Source: Curvularia clavata (lineage: Eukaryota). From it: a DNA stretch of 64,000 nt. The position numbers and the translations under genes were made by a program. Where the stretch lies: assembly GCA_023920165.1 (NCBI GenBank), contig CP089279.1, positions 682,001 to 746,000 on the forward strand, written 5' to 3'. Positions 1 through 14,110 of this stretch are shown here, in pieces; position 1 is the stretch's first letter; each line of letters starts with the position of its first letter. The notes beneath the pieces are model-generated. The model was not told where the DNA came from. It was given only the letters and a program-made list of their open reading frames with translations, and ran no database searches.

Positions 1-1709
1 GAATAATAATTATCGCAACAATTGTTCACAAGCTCGAATACAATGAGGTGACGTTAAAGCTCCCCATACTCATCTGCATGTTAGTGGAGCTGCCCCTGTC
101 GATGCGTTTTCTAGCGTCGCTCACGAGCTAGTTCCCGAGGTACATATAGCAGTCATGCGGAGAAGTTCGTCGCGACCCTGATGCGAACGAGCTGTCTGCG
201 GATCCTCTTTCCCGCTTTTAGTGTAGAGGTCCTAAGCCTCGGGAGTTTGTTTTGGAGTGGTCCCCGAGATATGGCGAGAATGAAGCGGGGGAAGTCGGGT
301 GACCAACGCGATGGTGAAAAGAGCCTGGGTACTGTCGGCTTTGACTTACCACCAACACCGAAAGCCTGTACACAGTTTCTTCACGTGCCTTGTCTTGTTC
401 TTGTATAAGTAAAGAGAAATGGCATCTTAATCTCACAGGCGTACACAGCAGTCATTCCTTGTCTCACTCATTGCAATGCCTCTTTGAAATACAGTTATAT
501 TTCTAGGCCGTGAACTTTGAGCGGAATGTATCCCTCTAGAAATTTGGGCTTTGGCTAAACGGTATTCCAAAGACTAGTTTATTCTTACTAGCTCTTGTAC
601 CTCTTATAATTAGAAAGTGAGTATATGAGCGCTATCGGTTGCTAGCGCTCTATTACCATAGATAAAGACTCTCATTTTGATGTCTAAGAAATAAAATAAT
701 AACCTGGAAAGGTAAGCCCATCAACATGGATGCATATCCTGCGCAATCCTTACTCTAAAAAGCAACACTACATATCTGCACTGTTCTTTCGTGCGTGTCA
801 AGTATGGTGGCCCTACACTATTAGTATGTTCTCGAGAGCAGGGATTAGAGAATACACTGCATCCAGAGCTCTAGTTCCAAACAGATATATGTACAAGTTT
901 ACAGTATTGTATTATAGTACCAAAGTAAAGGTCGAGAGGCCACTTTGTGTATGGCGCTAAATAACTTGGCACCGCTTAGTCATGTGATAAGGCTTGGCCA
1001 TCTATGGAACCTGCCATGCAACGCTCCACTTTATCCCTTACTATCAAAAACGACCTCACCTAAACCTGTCTTTAAGAAGCCGAAAATAACTTTCATACAA
1101 ATTGTGGTAATTTCGGCTATATTTGCGCGTTGTGGAAATACGGAAGTTGGTAAAAGAAGCTCCGAGGTGCGTTCGACTTTGAACGCGATGCAAGCCACAG
1201 CCATCGAAGGCTACAGCAACATATCAACCTTCTAACTGTTTTGTAGAATAACACACGTTTAGAGAATTCAATTCTCCTGTAAAACCAGGATTTCTGGCAG
1301 CTTTATCGTGCAATAGGCTACAGTCTCTAGCTCGATGCGGTAACAAGGTATCCTGGTGAGTCCATACATTTCTTCAGTGTCCGGGATAAACTCTGGCTTT
1401 CTCTTAACCGCTCCGTCCGAGGGTCGACATCAGGCAAGAGAAGACCAGTGATCATCACATTCGCTTGCTCGCAAAGCCATAATCTTGGACATTTTGCGGA
1501 ATGTCCCAGCTGGCTTTGTCAGACACTACATCAAACAGAGCTTTAACTCTCTTAAACTCTACCAAACACGTACCGTATTTATGAGAAAACGTGTATAAAA
1601 CTACACGACGCTACATATGATGTTCCTGTCATACTAACATACCTACTCAGCTGCCGGCCCGCGAGTGTGAAGCGAGGCTTACTAGCTCGCTTCACCATCA
1701 AGTAAAGTC

Positions 1710-4601
1710 ATGGATGACGAAGATTTCCAAATGGGAGACGACTCGATAATCGTCTCCACAGAGCCAAATGGTGATCATGCACCAGAAACAGTTGTCCCGT
1801 CTGAAATCTTTGGAAATATCAAGGGTCCACCGTTATCCAAACAAGAGCAGTTACCCTTCCACAGTCCTTCCAAAGGCTCTTTTTTGTTGCAGCCAACTCC
1901 TCACCAAAGCAATCCTGGGTCCCACCAGAAGGCAAATTCCCCCAGCGGCTGGTCAGATAAGATGAGTGTGTCAAGGCCAAACCCAGCTCGACACGCAAGT
2001 CCGCAGGTCCGCGTGCCCCCCAAGCCACGGTCTTCGCTTGTTTATCGGACGTCAAAAACAGGCCTTGTTTATGACCCTCGCATGCGATTCCATGCCGAGC
2101 TCCCGGACATGAACATCAATCCAGATGACATACACCCAGAAGATCCCCGGCGTATCCACGCGATTTTCGAGGAACTCAGGCAAGCAGGGTTGGTATCTTC
2201 TAGTACTTCAGAAGAAGACCAGGATCATTGCTGGAGAATTGCATCTCGGTTCGCCACTAGACCTGAGATACTGCTGATTCATACTGAAGAGCATTACGAC
2301 CATGTGAAGTCGTTCCAACGTACGTCTTTCTTCATTGAGGGTCCATTTAGTTGAGCAATACTAATTTCTGAATTAGAAATGTCCGCTGATGAGTTGAGGT
2401 ATGAAGCTGAAAGGCTTGACTCAATTTATCTCAACAACTCGACATACGAGTGTGCGAAGCTTGCGGCTGGCGGTGCTATTGAGGCTTGCAAAGCAGTAGT
2501 ACAGGGCGCTGTACGTAACGCAATCGCCATTATCCGCCCTCCCGGACATCATGCAGAGAGCGATCAACCATCGGGGTTCTGCATCTTCAACAACGTTCCA
2601 ATTGCCACCCGGGTATGTCAGAATGACTATCCCGAGACTTGTCGCAAGGTGCTGATCCTTGACTGGGATGTACACCATGGCAACGGCATTCAGCATGCTT
2701 TCTATGATGACCCAAATGTGCTGTACATCTCACTGCACGTTTTCAAGAACGGAACCTTCTATCCTAACCTACCGGACGGCAACCTTGACTATTGCGGTGA
2801 AGGGCACGGTGAAGGGATGAACGTGAACATACCGTGGGCAGAGCACGGTATGGGCGACTCGGAGTACCTTTATGCTTTTCAGCAAGTCGTTATGCCGATC
2901 GCTACTGAGTTCAACCCGGATCTGGTCATTATCTCAGCTGGGTTCGACGCAGCCGAGGGGGACTTGTTGGGTGGTTGTTTTGTTACGCCTGCCTGTTACG
3001 GTCACATGACGCATATGCTCATGAGCTTAGCCCAAGGAAAGCTAGTTGTATGTCTTGAAGGCGGCTACAACCTCCGGTCGATCGCACGCTCTGCGCTAGC
3101 GGTGACAAAAGTCCTTATGCTAGAGCCTCCGGATCGCTTGCTCGATGACCTACCAGCGCCAAAGGACAGCGCAGTGTATATCGTCGAGAAGGTCAAACGC
3201 CAGCATTCGAAGTACTGGAAATCGCTGTATCCTAAACATGTGGAGAAGTCAGATCCTGGTTACCAGGACACATACCCCTTGAACGAGGTCATCCGAGAAT
3301 GGCAAAGTAAACGCCTGGCTGCAGCCCACTTGATGGTGCCCCTTCCTCCCCTTCAAATCAACAAAGCAGGCTTGGCGCAGACGTTCGAGCATAATGTTAT
3401 CGCTACGTGAGTACAATGCGCTCTCTAGGAGGATTCACGCTGACATGCGGCAGACCGAGGTTCATGGAGCCATTCCCCCTTCTTGTGATCTTCCATGACC
3501 CACCAAATTACAAGGATCATTCCGATCCCATCACCGGTAAAGGAGAGCTACATAATACATATCTGGTGAGTTCGACTGCAGTCTTGTGCTGTGAAATGAC
3601 TGACTCTGGACTGAAGACTGATGTTACCAAGAGGTACATTGACTGGGCCATCAGAAACGATTTCCAGGTGATGGATGTCAATATTCCGAGGGTGGTGACC
3701 GTTGAAGATGTGAGCTATCCAAAATCTTTGAATAGTAGAGCCCTGCTAACGTAAGCTAGCCGGACATTGGCTTCACAAAATCAGACGACTCCGCCGTTCG
3801 TGCGCAGCAAACACGAGAGCTGGCGAGTTATTTGTGGGAGAACTATATCGAGTGAGTCAGCAAAACAGTTGTTGCGGATATCTATTGACGGAAAGTTAGG
3901 CCGAACGAAGCCACACAAGTCTTCCTAATGGGTGTGGGTGATGCGTACACGGGGCTTGTCGATCTACTCAGCCACAACGGTAAGTTTCACTCCGTGGTAT
4001 TGAGGTTGCAAGCACTAAGTTTCCAGAAAATTGCACCGATCCCGATAGCCCGGTTCAATGTCTGATTGGATTTGTGTCCGACTCAACAATCCAGTCCATT
4101 AGACGGGCGACGGATGACACCATCGCCAATTGGTACCATTCGGTATGTAACCCCAGGATCCCAGGAATCTGACCTGTCTGACAAGTTTAGCACTCTATGA
4201 TATTCGTGAAGAACAGCCATTTCGTCTGGGACCCGAGCCGCTCACGTAAAATGCGCAAGAAGCTCGGAAACCTCATCAAGTCTCCCGTGGATACACTGGA
4301 TGACATGCTTCAGGTGCATATGGAGGACGTACAGGAGCTTCTTTTGGAGAAGAAGAGCGAACTCGAAGAGATGGACGACACGTCCAGTCGCACTGACGAA
4401 GGTCCGCCGACAACGACACCGATCGGACTCCAGAGTTCGCCTCTGCCGAACACTTCTTATAGCTCAAGGCGATTCGAGCCCAGCTCCCGGCAAGACAACG
4501 TCATCAACGCCCTGAAAAGCCCCAAGATGCCGGCGGTGGGCCTGTTTGCCGTGAGCCCCAAGACGTCAGGAACCAAAAGTCTGAAGAGACCCCCGTCTTA
4601 A
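1710..4601 (+). CDS. HDA1: Class II histone deacetylase (Hda1/Clr3 type), multi-exon
   Basis: HPEDPRRI, RPPGHHA, GFCIFNN, LDWDVHHGNG, SAGFDAA and LEGGYN motifs in ORFs 1710-2354 and 2379-3410. First intron 2320-2376, several short introns 3' of 3407, Arb2-like C-terminal region, stop at 4601. Confidence 0.93.
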
Positions 4602-6166
4602 GCCGATGTGGGACTTTTGGTGGTCAGCGGGGACGGGTGCCGCTAGCGTTCTGTTGCTCTTCTCTTGCATGAACAAGGCGTTTTCTTACTTTTCATAGGA
4701 TGGCTGTCGTACCTTTTTGTTGGGCATAGCTCGAGTATCAGCTAAACTTGTACCGGTACACGACTAGTTACTCTGCAAACTGGGGCCTTTGATGTTCTTA
4801 CTACTAATTTCGATGTTTTGAGTGGTTTTTCTTTTCATCAATTGAAGTTTGGGGCTAACTATGTAGAATACTGATTAGTGAGAGCCGATAGATCTGTGTT
4901 CGCCCACCATGTGAAGATGCCATCGCGCTTCCATAGCTCAATCCGCTTCCCCACATGCCTTCCTTAACCAGAAGAGAAGGATGGATACTACATCGGTGCG
5001 AACATCCGTTTTCGATACAACTACATGCACTTTGTCTGCTCGCTGATTACTCAGTATCCCTCGCCCCTCGCATTCCCATCGCCTCCCCGCTCTTTTCCCG
5101 TGTCTTCTCTCGCACCCGCATCTGCACCGCGAGCCGGCCCAAGCTAGAAACAGCATCGTGTTGCTGAGCTGAGAGTCCGCCACAAAACGATGGGCGTCAA
5201 GGCGATAGGCTGAATTTTCTTGGCGCCGCTTTTCTGGATACAAGGCGGGACTAGGCTCGCCTTGTACTGGTGGCCTCGAAGCTCATTCCTCAAAAATGCC
5301 AACTCAGCTCCTCCATCCCCACCCCACTTGCACGCCAGCTCGTGCACGGGGGGGTGCCCAGCCCAGCCCAGCTCACCGTAAGTCGCCAAATGGCAGTGCT
5401 AATTGCGTGCGCTCTTGGAAAGTGTCTTTTTGCGAGGGAATTGCTGTGCCACATTCTTGGGGATGCTTGCAACGGAATGAAGTTGCAACTACCTATGTAG
5501 GCGCGTATCGTAAGTGGAGACCAGAGATGCGAAAATAGTATACATAGCAATCAGCATAGGATTCTCCACCCCACCTTCAACCACAACTGCATGTCAAGCC
5601 GCCTTCACAAGCCTTGCTTCCTGCTGACCGCTGACGGGCGTGGCCCCGCTGTTGCCCGACCAGCTCATCCTGACGTTAACCGCAACGCCTTCAGCCTTGA
5701 GCATGGGCAAGCCTGCACGAAGCGGCATCGAGGCAGTGCGGCGATTGGCGCGAGTAGCGGATAACAAAGAAAGAGAGGGCTTACTATAGCGGCCGCCTAA
5801 AAAAGGGTGCTGGCCTATTGCCATGACTGGTACGCGAGAATGGGCGGCTGGCGGGGGCGGGCTGAGGGTTTTGGCGCGATAAGTTCTGGTAGGTTGGAGG
5901 ATGGGTGGGAATGCGTTGCTTTAAGGTTGGGGCGCACACAGGTTGCGAGTATAGGGTACTTTCTGCCACCCCCGCCGCTCGTTCTCCCTTCTGCATTGTT
6001 CGTCTTACCTTGACGTACGGACTTTTTGGAAATTAACTACTTTGTTTCTCTTACCGACTACCGAGATTGCGGATCGAATGCAGTTGGTCCTTGGATTTCG
6101 GGCCTGTTGACTGGACTTTGTATACTCTTGCAGCTTGCATCCGTCAGGTTAATCTAAAATTGCTTC

Positions 6167-7486
6167 ATGATGAGGCTCATAACGAGCACCGGGCTGGCAA
6201 TTGCTGCTAGTCAGGTTCTCTTCTCTTCGACTCTCGCACAAGAAACTTATGTCTCATCGAGTTCGCTGGCTTCAACAGCTTCTTCTGCTTCTGCTTCTTC
6301 GTCGGCATCGTCGACGGCATCATCACAACCAACGCCCTCAAAAGAGCCAACGGTCCATCTCATCAAAGCCGGTGCAGGTGGCTTCAAGTTTACGCCACAG
6401 GAGCTTCACAATGTATCGGTGGGCGACATTATAAGTTGGGAGTTTTATCCGCCCGACCATTCGGTTGCGAGAGCAGAGTTTGGCTCAGCATGTGTGCCGT
6501 ACGAAGACACAGGAAAAGACAAGGTCGGCTTCTGGTCTGGAACGCAATATGTCAACAATACAGATGAGGTTTGCGACCCCAAAGTATGCGGAGGTGTTTG
6601 GATATACTAACCTTTGACTAGCTTACCTACTTCAACATCACCATCAACTCGACGGAGCCCATATTCTTCTACTGCGCGGCACCAAACAGCTGTATCGGTG
6701 AGCACATGGTGGGCGCCATCAACCCCAACTCGACACAGACACTGGCTTCACAGGTCCAAGCTGCTGCCCAGGCAGATTTCCAGATAGCACCTGGTCAGCC
6801 GATTCCTGCAGAGGCTTCATCGACCCTTTCTAGCTACTCCGGAGCGACTGGAACACCCCCACCAAGCAACTATAACGCAAACCACAGCAGTTCTACACTT
6901 TCCGGTGGAGCTATAGCCGGTATCGTTGTGGGCAGTGTTGCATTCCTGGTGATTTGTGCGGCGCTTTTCTTCTTCGTGGGTCGTTCGAAGTCGCTGAAGG
7001 AAACGCTCAAGCAACAAAATGCCCCGAACAACGGGGATCCGCACATGAGCCAACAATATGGAGCTGGAGTGCCCTATGGCGACGGAGGACTTGCGTCACC
7101 TGGCTTCCAACCATCTCGTCCTGGATATGCGACGCCGCCGCCAGGTCAACAGGCCGATTACGGGTTTGGGTCGCCGCCTCAGTATGGCCAGCACAGTGTT
7201 AGTGAACAGCACCTAAGTGGGTGGACTAGCCCGACAGCACACCAAGGGCACTTGAGCATGATGAGCAACACCAGTGGCATGAGCCAACAACAGTAAGTGG
7301 TGAAGGGATATTTTTTTTCGGCTGTGGATAGTAGTTGCTGACGTCTTTCCCCCCCTCAGATTGGATCAATTAAAGTACGCGCACATGACGGCACAGGCAG
7401 CTCCGGCAGAGCTGCATAGTCCACCGCTTCAGCAACATTCTTTTTCGGCCGAGCTGGAGGCGCCTAGTAATGATAAGACGAGATAA
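6167..7486 (+). CDS. Secreted/membrane Ser-rich protein with cupredoxin-like domain and one TM helix
   Basis: Signal peptide, Ser-rich stretch, FTPQ..VGD.I.WEFYPPDHSV..C.P and FFYCAAPNSCIGEHMVGAIN motifs, TM GAIAGIVVGSVAFLVICAALFFFV. Introns about 6569-6621 and 7293-7359; stop TAA at 7484-7486. Confidence 0.75.
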
Positions 7487-8765
7487 GGAGGCAAGTGAAA
7501 CGAGAGAAGCATGTTGCATTTTGCATGGGCGTTTGCGTGGTTATTTGTTTGATTGTTTCATCTTGTTCTTGCCCAAAGGGGGAAACTAGTATGCGATACC
7601 AGGACCTCAGGTTGTAAGGCAATCTGCAGGAGTTAGTCTACCATGTGATGATAGGATTTTTAGAACATGTGCTCGCCGGTGACGGCCTTGGTTTGTGATG
7701 ATCGTGGGGACGAGGTGGGCCGGGGCCAATGTAAGCAGGTGCACTACCTGCTTGGGTAATTTGGGCATTCGGGCATGATGGTGCTACTAGTAGGGAGACA
7801 TGACTCTGAGCCAAGTAGGAAATTGCGGGCAGAGAGAAGGCCGTAGACGGTGGGTGCAAACGCTGCTGGTCAGCGGGTGACAAAAGGAATCTGACCATGT
7901 ATGTATGTATATGCATGTAACAAAAGGAGCTTATTGCCGACATAAAGGGTGCAGTTGGACGGTTACAATGGCCGGCAGGCAGCCCCGCATGTGTACAGAG
8001 GGCCGGCAGATGCGGCAGAGAAGAGCGGTCTCGACGGGGAGGCGAAGAAGGGTACAAAGGAGGATGGAGCAGGGCGTATTGTTTGGCATTGCCACGAGTG
8101 CAAGTCGAGTGTCGGCCCTTCTTGTGCGGCGCCCTATCACGCGTGGGCGAGGCGTTGTCGAGTGAGGTTGTAGGATTCTCCAACGTGCCTCTGCCCCGAC
8201 TACCCGAGGGGCTAGTGCGGACCGGGGTCTCGGACTTATCGCAGGGAAAGAACGACTGTGGTACGCATTAGCTAATCCAATCCGCAGGTGCCGTCGTGGC
8301 AGCCGCCCTGAGGCCACGGGCACGGAAATAAGGGCACGGCGAATGTGTCCGCGGACAGTCGGCGGCCAGCAGTCAGTCAGGGCGGACGAGCAAGAAGAAA
8401 AAAACTGGCGTCGTGGCATGTTAGCAGCAAGCAACTACTCGGGGGCCTGCTCCGAGCATGACTAGCAGGACAGCAAATGCAAATTCTGTGGCCCACTATA
8501 CCGGCTAGGGGGCAGCGGCAACTAACAAACCGTCGTCATCTCGTCTTCCGGAAATTTTGGCCTGGACATGTTCCCTCTCTGCCTAGGCGCCTCAGCCCTG
8601 TGTCATTGGGCAGTCGGCCGCGCCGCAACCAATTGACGGGCGCAAGCAGCCTTGGGGTAGGTAGTGCGGTAACAATTACTCGATCGCTTACAGGATAGGA
8701 AGCTGTAGGGCATATAGTACCGTCTGGTCGCCAGCCCGCCAGCCTACTGAAGCCTCGAGACGTCA

Positions 8766-8771
8766 CACGTG
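8766..8771. promoter_or_regulatory. CACGTG E-box (possible Pho4/NUC-1 site) about 240 bp upstream of the PHO80-like cyclin
   Basis: Exact CACGTG hexamer; a single hexamer can occur by chance. Confidence 0.2.
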
Positions 8772-9012
8772 CGCTGCCGCAATGGTTTGCACGCCAGCCA
8801 AGCCCTTTCTCCCATTCCTCGACCGGCATCGCTACCCTTGACCCAGGGCGGGCGCATCAAGCCTCTTTCTTGCCTCGCCAGGCTCGCCTTTCTTCTCCAC
8901 GTACGTTGCCGCCAGATCCTCTGTTTGGCCGACTATGATGCACACGCCAGTTGCCCGATATTGTCGTCTTCCTCCGCCCTAGCATTCCCGCTACCCGCGA
9001 CCCGCTACAGAC

Positions 9013-10322
9013 ATGATCACATCCTCACCCACCATCTCGCAACCTCCTTCACCCAACACGGCCTTCCACTCCTCCGCCCACCGCCCGTACCATGCCTCGC
9101 GACGCACATCGGCTTCCTCAACCCCACACTCGCCCCGTTTTGCCGTGACTGCCTCCGCTACACGGCGCCTTGACGCGCCGCCCACGCCCACGCCCGTCCC
9201 ACCCTTTCCCTCTTCACCACACGGCCGCAAGAGGAGCTACGCAGACCACGGCACCCAGTACACTCCGCCCGGCTTTCCCCCTACCTACCGCCCACCGCCC
9301 ATCATACCCGCCGACGTCCAAGCCCTGACCCACGCCGCCGCCAGCGAGCACGACCAAACTCGAGACGACGGTGAAGACGTCGCTGCCGCTACTACTACTG
9401 CTGCTGCTCCACCACATCCCACCAACACACCTGCGATCCCGCCCACACAGCGGGGCTCTGCCCCCGCCGAGCCGGTAGTCACGGAGCCTCCGGAGCCTCA
9501 ATTGCAGGAACCTCCGCAGCCTGCTGCGCCTGCCCATCATGCATTACCACACAGTCCGCCTGTGTCGCGCGAGAGTATGCCTCCTGGAGTAGAGTCCAGT
9601 CTGCCGGGTCCGAGTACCATCTTGCGAGTGCCGGCCTCGCCAGCCAAGAGAGCCCGCGCTGAGGAACCTAGTCTCAAAATCATGCCCATCCGGTATGAGC
9701 TGTGCGACGTCAAAGACCTTGGCGTGCTGATTTCCGACATGCTCATGGAGCTGGTCCGCTTGAACGATGGCTATCCGCTGCGGGACGGTACTCTGACCAG
9801 GTTTCATTCAAGGCACGTTCGCCCCCGGCTGACCGCACCTGCTCTTTGCTAACTTTTATTCTCCACAGAGCCCCGCCTGGCATATCCGTCCGCGACTACC
9901 TCTCTCGCCTCATCGTGCACGCTACCCTGTCGCCGCCAATTCTCCTCTCCATGGTATTTTATGTCGACAAACTGTGCGCCATGTACCCCGCCTTCACCAT
10001 CAGCAGCCTGACTGTACATCGGTTTCTGATAACGGCTGCCACCGTCGCGGCCAAAGGCCTGAGTGATAGCTTTTGGACCAACAGCTTGTACGCGAGAGTT
10101 GGCGGTGTCAGCGTCCGGGAATTGGCGCTACTGGAACTTGAGTTCCTACGAAGGTTAGATTGGCGCATCGTTCCCAAACCAGAGGTGCTCGTAGACTACT
10201 ACAAGGGCTTAGTCGACCGGGGGACTGGATACACAATGGAGAAGCATCCAGCGTCTGCCCCAGCCGCAACTTCAGCTCCTAACGTCTTACCTAACGGGTC
10301 GGCTACGGGATTGGGCACATAG
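9013..10322 (+). CDS. PHO80/PREG-family cyclin
   Basis: Pro-rich N-terminus, then cyclin box [57 protein letters not shown]. Exons 9013-9812 and 9869-10322 join in frame via a GC-AG intron. Confidence 0.88.
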
Positions 10323-11606
10323 TGATTGCGTGCACCGCCGCGGCGCAACGTCCTCCACGTTGCGTCGTTTTGCTACGAAGCCATGTGTGCGCTGTTGCAA
10401 CTCCTGTGTGTACCGCGAATGGGGGCTTCCCACATTTATGAGCTATCTCATCTCTTCGGCCTGAGCCGCCTCGTGGTCAACTCTGTATGGGAGTCTCAAA
10501 GACAGACTGGTCGACCGATGAGCTGGCGGCATGACTCGGCAGCAGGGCATGGTACAGAGCATGGCCACAACGTGGAGCCCTATAAGGCTCGCGGAAGGCA
10601 TGGCCGCATCCGACGCAGCTTCATGTATCCAATATGATTGATGGGTAGCCGTTGTACGCTTCCCCGCCCTATCACAGCATTTTCCACGCGTTCGTCACAG
10701 TATGCTTGCAAGTACCGGCAGCAGTCTCCGATGCTGCTCTGATCGAATTCGGAAGTATGGGCGTGAAGAAAGCGTTGCATGTGCAGCGTGGCCGGTGTGA
10801 TATAAGCCTGCTGGCCTATAGCATTTATGAGGGAACGAGTGCATGCCACGTGCAATGGAAATGAGCAGCCGTATTATTGGATAGATAGTATCAATCATGG
10901 AACAAACCCCTCTTTCTGTTAGAGCACTTGGTGAGCGCACCGTGGTCGAGCCGCTAAAGGTATCCCGTGAGACGTGGACGAATAACATGCACGAGCTGAC
11001 CCTAGTCAGTCGACCGCTTCCCTTCGAGAATAGTGAGGCCTTCTAGTTGGCCCTGTGAACGTGCTATCGAACATGCCTGTGACGGCAGAGAGATGCAAAC
11101 CTAAGGGCGCAGGGAAAGGGTTTCTCCAAGGACAAGATGTCAACAACATCGGCCTAGTAGCGACCCTGACCTGACCTGACCTCTGGTCGTCAAGTGAAAC
11201 CGTTGTTCCTCCATCATCCCACCCCCCGCCCCCACCACCACTCCACGCGTGTCCTGTCACGAAACCACACCTGAGAGGTCGTGTGCCTGCGCATCCCTCA
11301 AGATCCTCGCGACCGAGGAGTCTCCATCACGCCCTGCGCCAAACGCGTCTTGCTCGAGATCTTGGAGCGGTAGCCGTTGCGACTTTGAATACTATGAAGG
11401 TCAGTTGGTGATTGTCAAGAGGGCGCGCCTCGCTTGCTACCAGTCTGACCTCCCCCGGCATGGCCAGAAACACCACCCCCGCGTGCCCTGCCAACAGCGT
11501 CGCAACATGCTCCTAGAATCTGCCCCGGTTAATTGACCACGCACTTACTTGCAACAGAGTTGGATGTAGTCTTCTCTCTCTCTCTTCACAGTGCTATGCA
11601 TAAGAG

Positions 11607-14110
11607 ATGACCTCTGAATACGCCCGCTGGGATGCTAGCAAACGCCAGCGTGATAGTCAATGGGGGGCGCGGCGCTCCGAAGCATCCTCGGCCTCTTGTG
11701 CCCTGCCATATGCCTTCCCGGCTGAGCCTTTCCCTCAGCTCCACGACGACTTTCAGCAGCTGCAGATCACAAAAGCCTCACGAACACGGACCACGCCCGT
11801 CGTCACCCGCACCCGCATCTCGAGACATGGCTCCCAGCCGAATCCGGTTCGCCCTTCGTCGAGTGGAGGCGAAGTCCACATGGTCCCGTACCAGAAGTTC
11901 TCGCCCTCTCGTCGCGCCGGCTCATACTCCCACCCGACACCCCTTGAAGACTTTCGCAGGATGAGACGATGGCCGCCAAAGGGATACAGATTGGAGGATG
12001 CGTTGGACCCAGCAGAAGCCGAGGATCTCATTTGTGCGGGGGCATCTACTTTCAAGGGATACCGTGATGCGATACCAAATGCGCCCGAAGGATACAACCG
12101 CTTTTATGCAGTCCTGGAAGCTGAGCATCAGAGTCGAACCGACCGCGCACCTTTCCAGCAGCAGGCATACCGGGATATCTCGCTCAATATGACGGGCACG
12201 AAAGACGACCAGTTCCCCTGGCTGTCTCATGAGTATCCATGCATGGCTTATGCATTTGGAAAGAGCGCAGGAACCACGACGCTGAACTACTGGGTGAGCA
12301 AGTCTGGAACAAGTCATGCACCCGTCAAGTTTGCTGGCGACGTGCAACCACGGAAGATCAAGCTCCTACAGATCCTGGACAGGCTGCGGAAGCTAGAGAG
12401 CGGACTCAATGAAGATGTCAGTCAACTGCCACGCGCTGGGTATTTTCCTTTTTTTTGGTTCGTTACCCTAACTTTGCTCTCAATAGGATCCGGAGGAGAT
12501 GTACCGTTATTTGTATACTACCCTCATCGAAGATCCAGAACGATACGATGAGCAGCGCCGCCATATCCGGATTGATCAGCAGATTACAGATCTCATTACT
12601 GTATTGAGCAATCCGCAATGGATAGACTTTTCACACCCGAAAAATCAGGTTGTAGCAAAGTTCTTTGACTCGCCTGACCAGCGCAAGAAGCAGGATTTCT
12701 TCCATCAGCTGTTGCTTTCTGTGGAGCTGTACCTCCGCATCCATTCCAAGCACCACTCGGAAAAATCTAAGCGCAAGCTGATTATGCAGCTTCCTCCTGT
12801 TATTACATGGGATCTAGCTGTTGCCCAGCGGTGGCTTGAGAATATGGAGATCACCAAGACGCGGACATCGTCTACTCAGAGCACATTCAGCTTTGATCTG
12901 AAGAGCAAGGCCAGGCAAATTGAAGCTCTGAGGACCTTTGCTGCGACGCTCAAGTGGCCCAACATGGATGAGATCGAGTACATCCTAGAGGAGGGGGATC
13001 CGAATGAGAAGGCAGTCGAGGACAGGTCTGCGGATGCTATGTCGTGGTTTTCAGGCATAGTCTTGCCAGGTCGCACACTCCCGTGGCTCATCATGAACAG
13101 CTTGATCGACTGTGATCAGGATACCGGTGATTCGCTCAAATATCTTACGCACATGCACCAGGCATCTGGATTTCAGTACCGAGCCAACACATATTGGTCA
13201 TCCCAATGTATTGTCGGCAAGGTTCTCGGAGCTGCACGTGGAGTGAAACAGATTGCGGGTTGGATCGGGCCGTGCATCTACACTCCCGAGCTCAAACGGA
13301 CAGAGTGTGTTAAGATTAGGCAACTTGAATCTCCAGACCCACCTCTTGTGCCGGTTGATGTGGAGAGTATGGATGATCGTACGAATCCCCTGGGGACGAT
13401 AGAGGACAGCTATCCGATTGAGGACTACGACATACCTATGCCAGACACGGAAGACGTCACTGACCTGATACGAATGGAGAAGCTTCGTTTTGTGCCCATC
13501 AAAGAGCGATCCGAAGGAACCAGGAGTGCCTCGGGTCCGCCAATGGTCTTTGATGCGGCCATCTCTTTTGCATGTGGTGGGGAGAGCTGGCCGATGAAGC
13601 TACGCTACGATGTCAGCTTCATCAATGCTTTCCCTTGCCACCAAGGGCCTCATGGTACGTAACAAAAACACTCCCAGGACAGCCGCCTCAAACTGACTTT
13701 TGCTAGTGCTTTTTTACGACTTTTCTTACAAAGCTATCAAAATCGACGAAGGCTTAGTAGACATCCAAGACTGGGGTCTTCAATCAGGCCGCACGCCTCG
13801 ACCTACCTCATCCAAATCATCACCTGGCAAAAAGGCCTTGGCACTTATGAATGAGCAGAAGAAGAGCGCTCATGAGCAGGTTATGAAGGTACTGGCTATT
13901 GAGGCCCTGGGTGTGAGTGATAACGAGGTATTTGCCCGAGCCTGGTGCGCCCACCATGGACACAGTGCTATCGTGGCGAACATCAAAGAGACGTGCATGT
14001 CTTGTGCTATCAGGGAGGCGTATGCAGCCTGTGTTTCGGTGGTTATTCTGACGGAAGGCGGTGTCGTCAAAGAAAACGACACGGACGTGGGTGTACTTAG
14101 TGATTTTTAA
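11607..14110 (+). CDS. Conserved-looking fungal protein of unknown function, 3 exons
   Basis: Three consecutive long ORFs joined by GT-AG introns (about 12417-12486 and 13656-13706). Globular composition with C-terminal ARAWCAHHGHSAIVANIKETCMSCAIREA. Confidence 0.75.
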
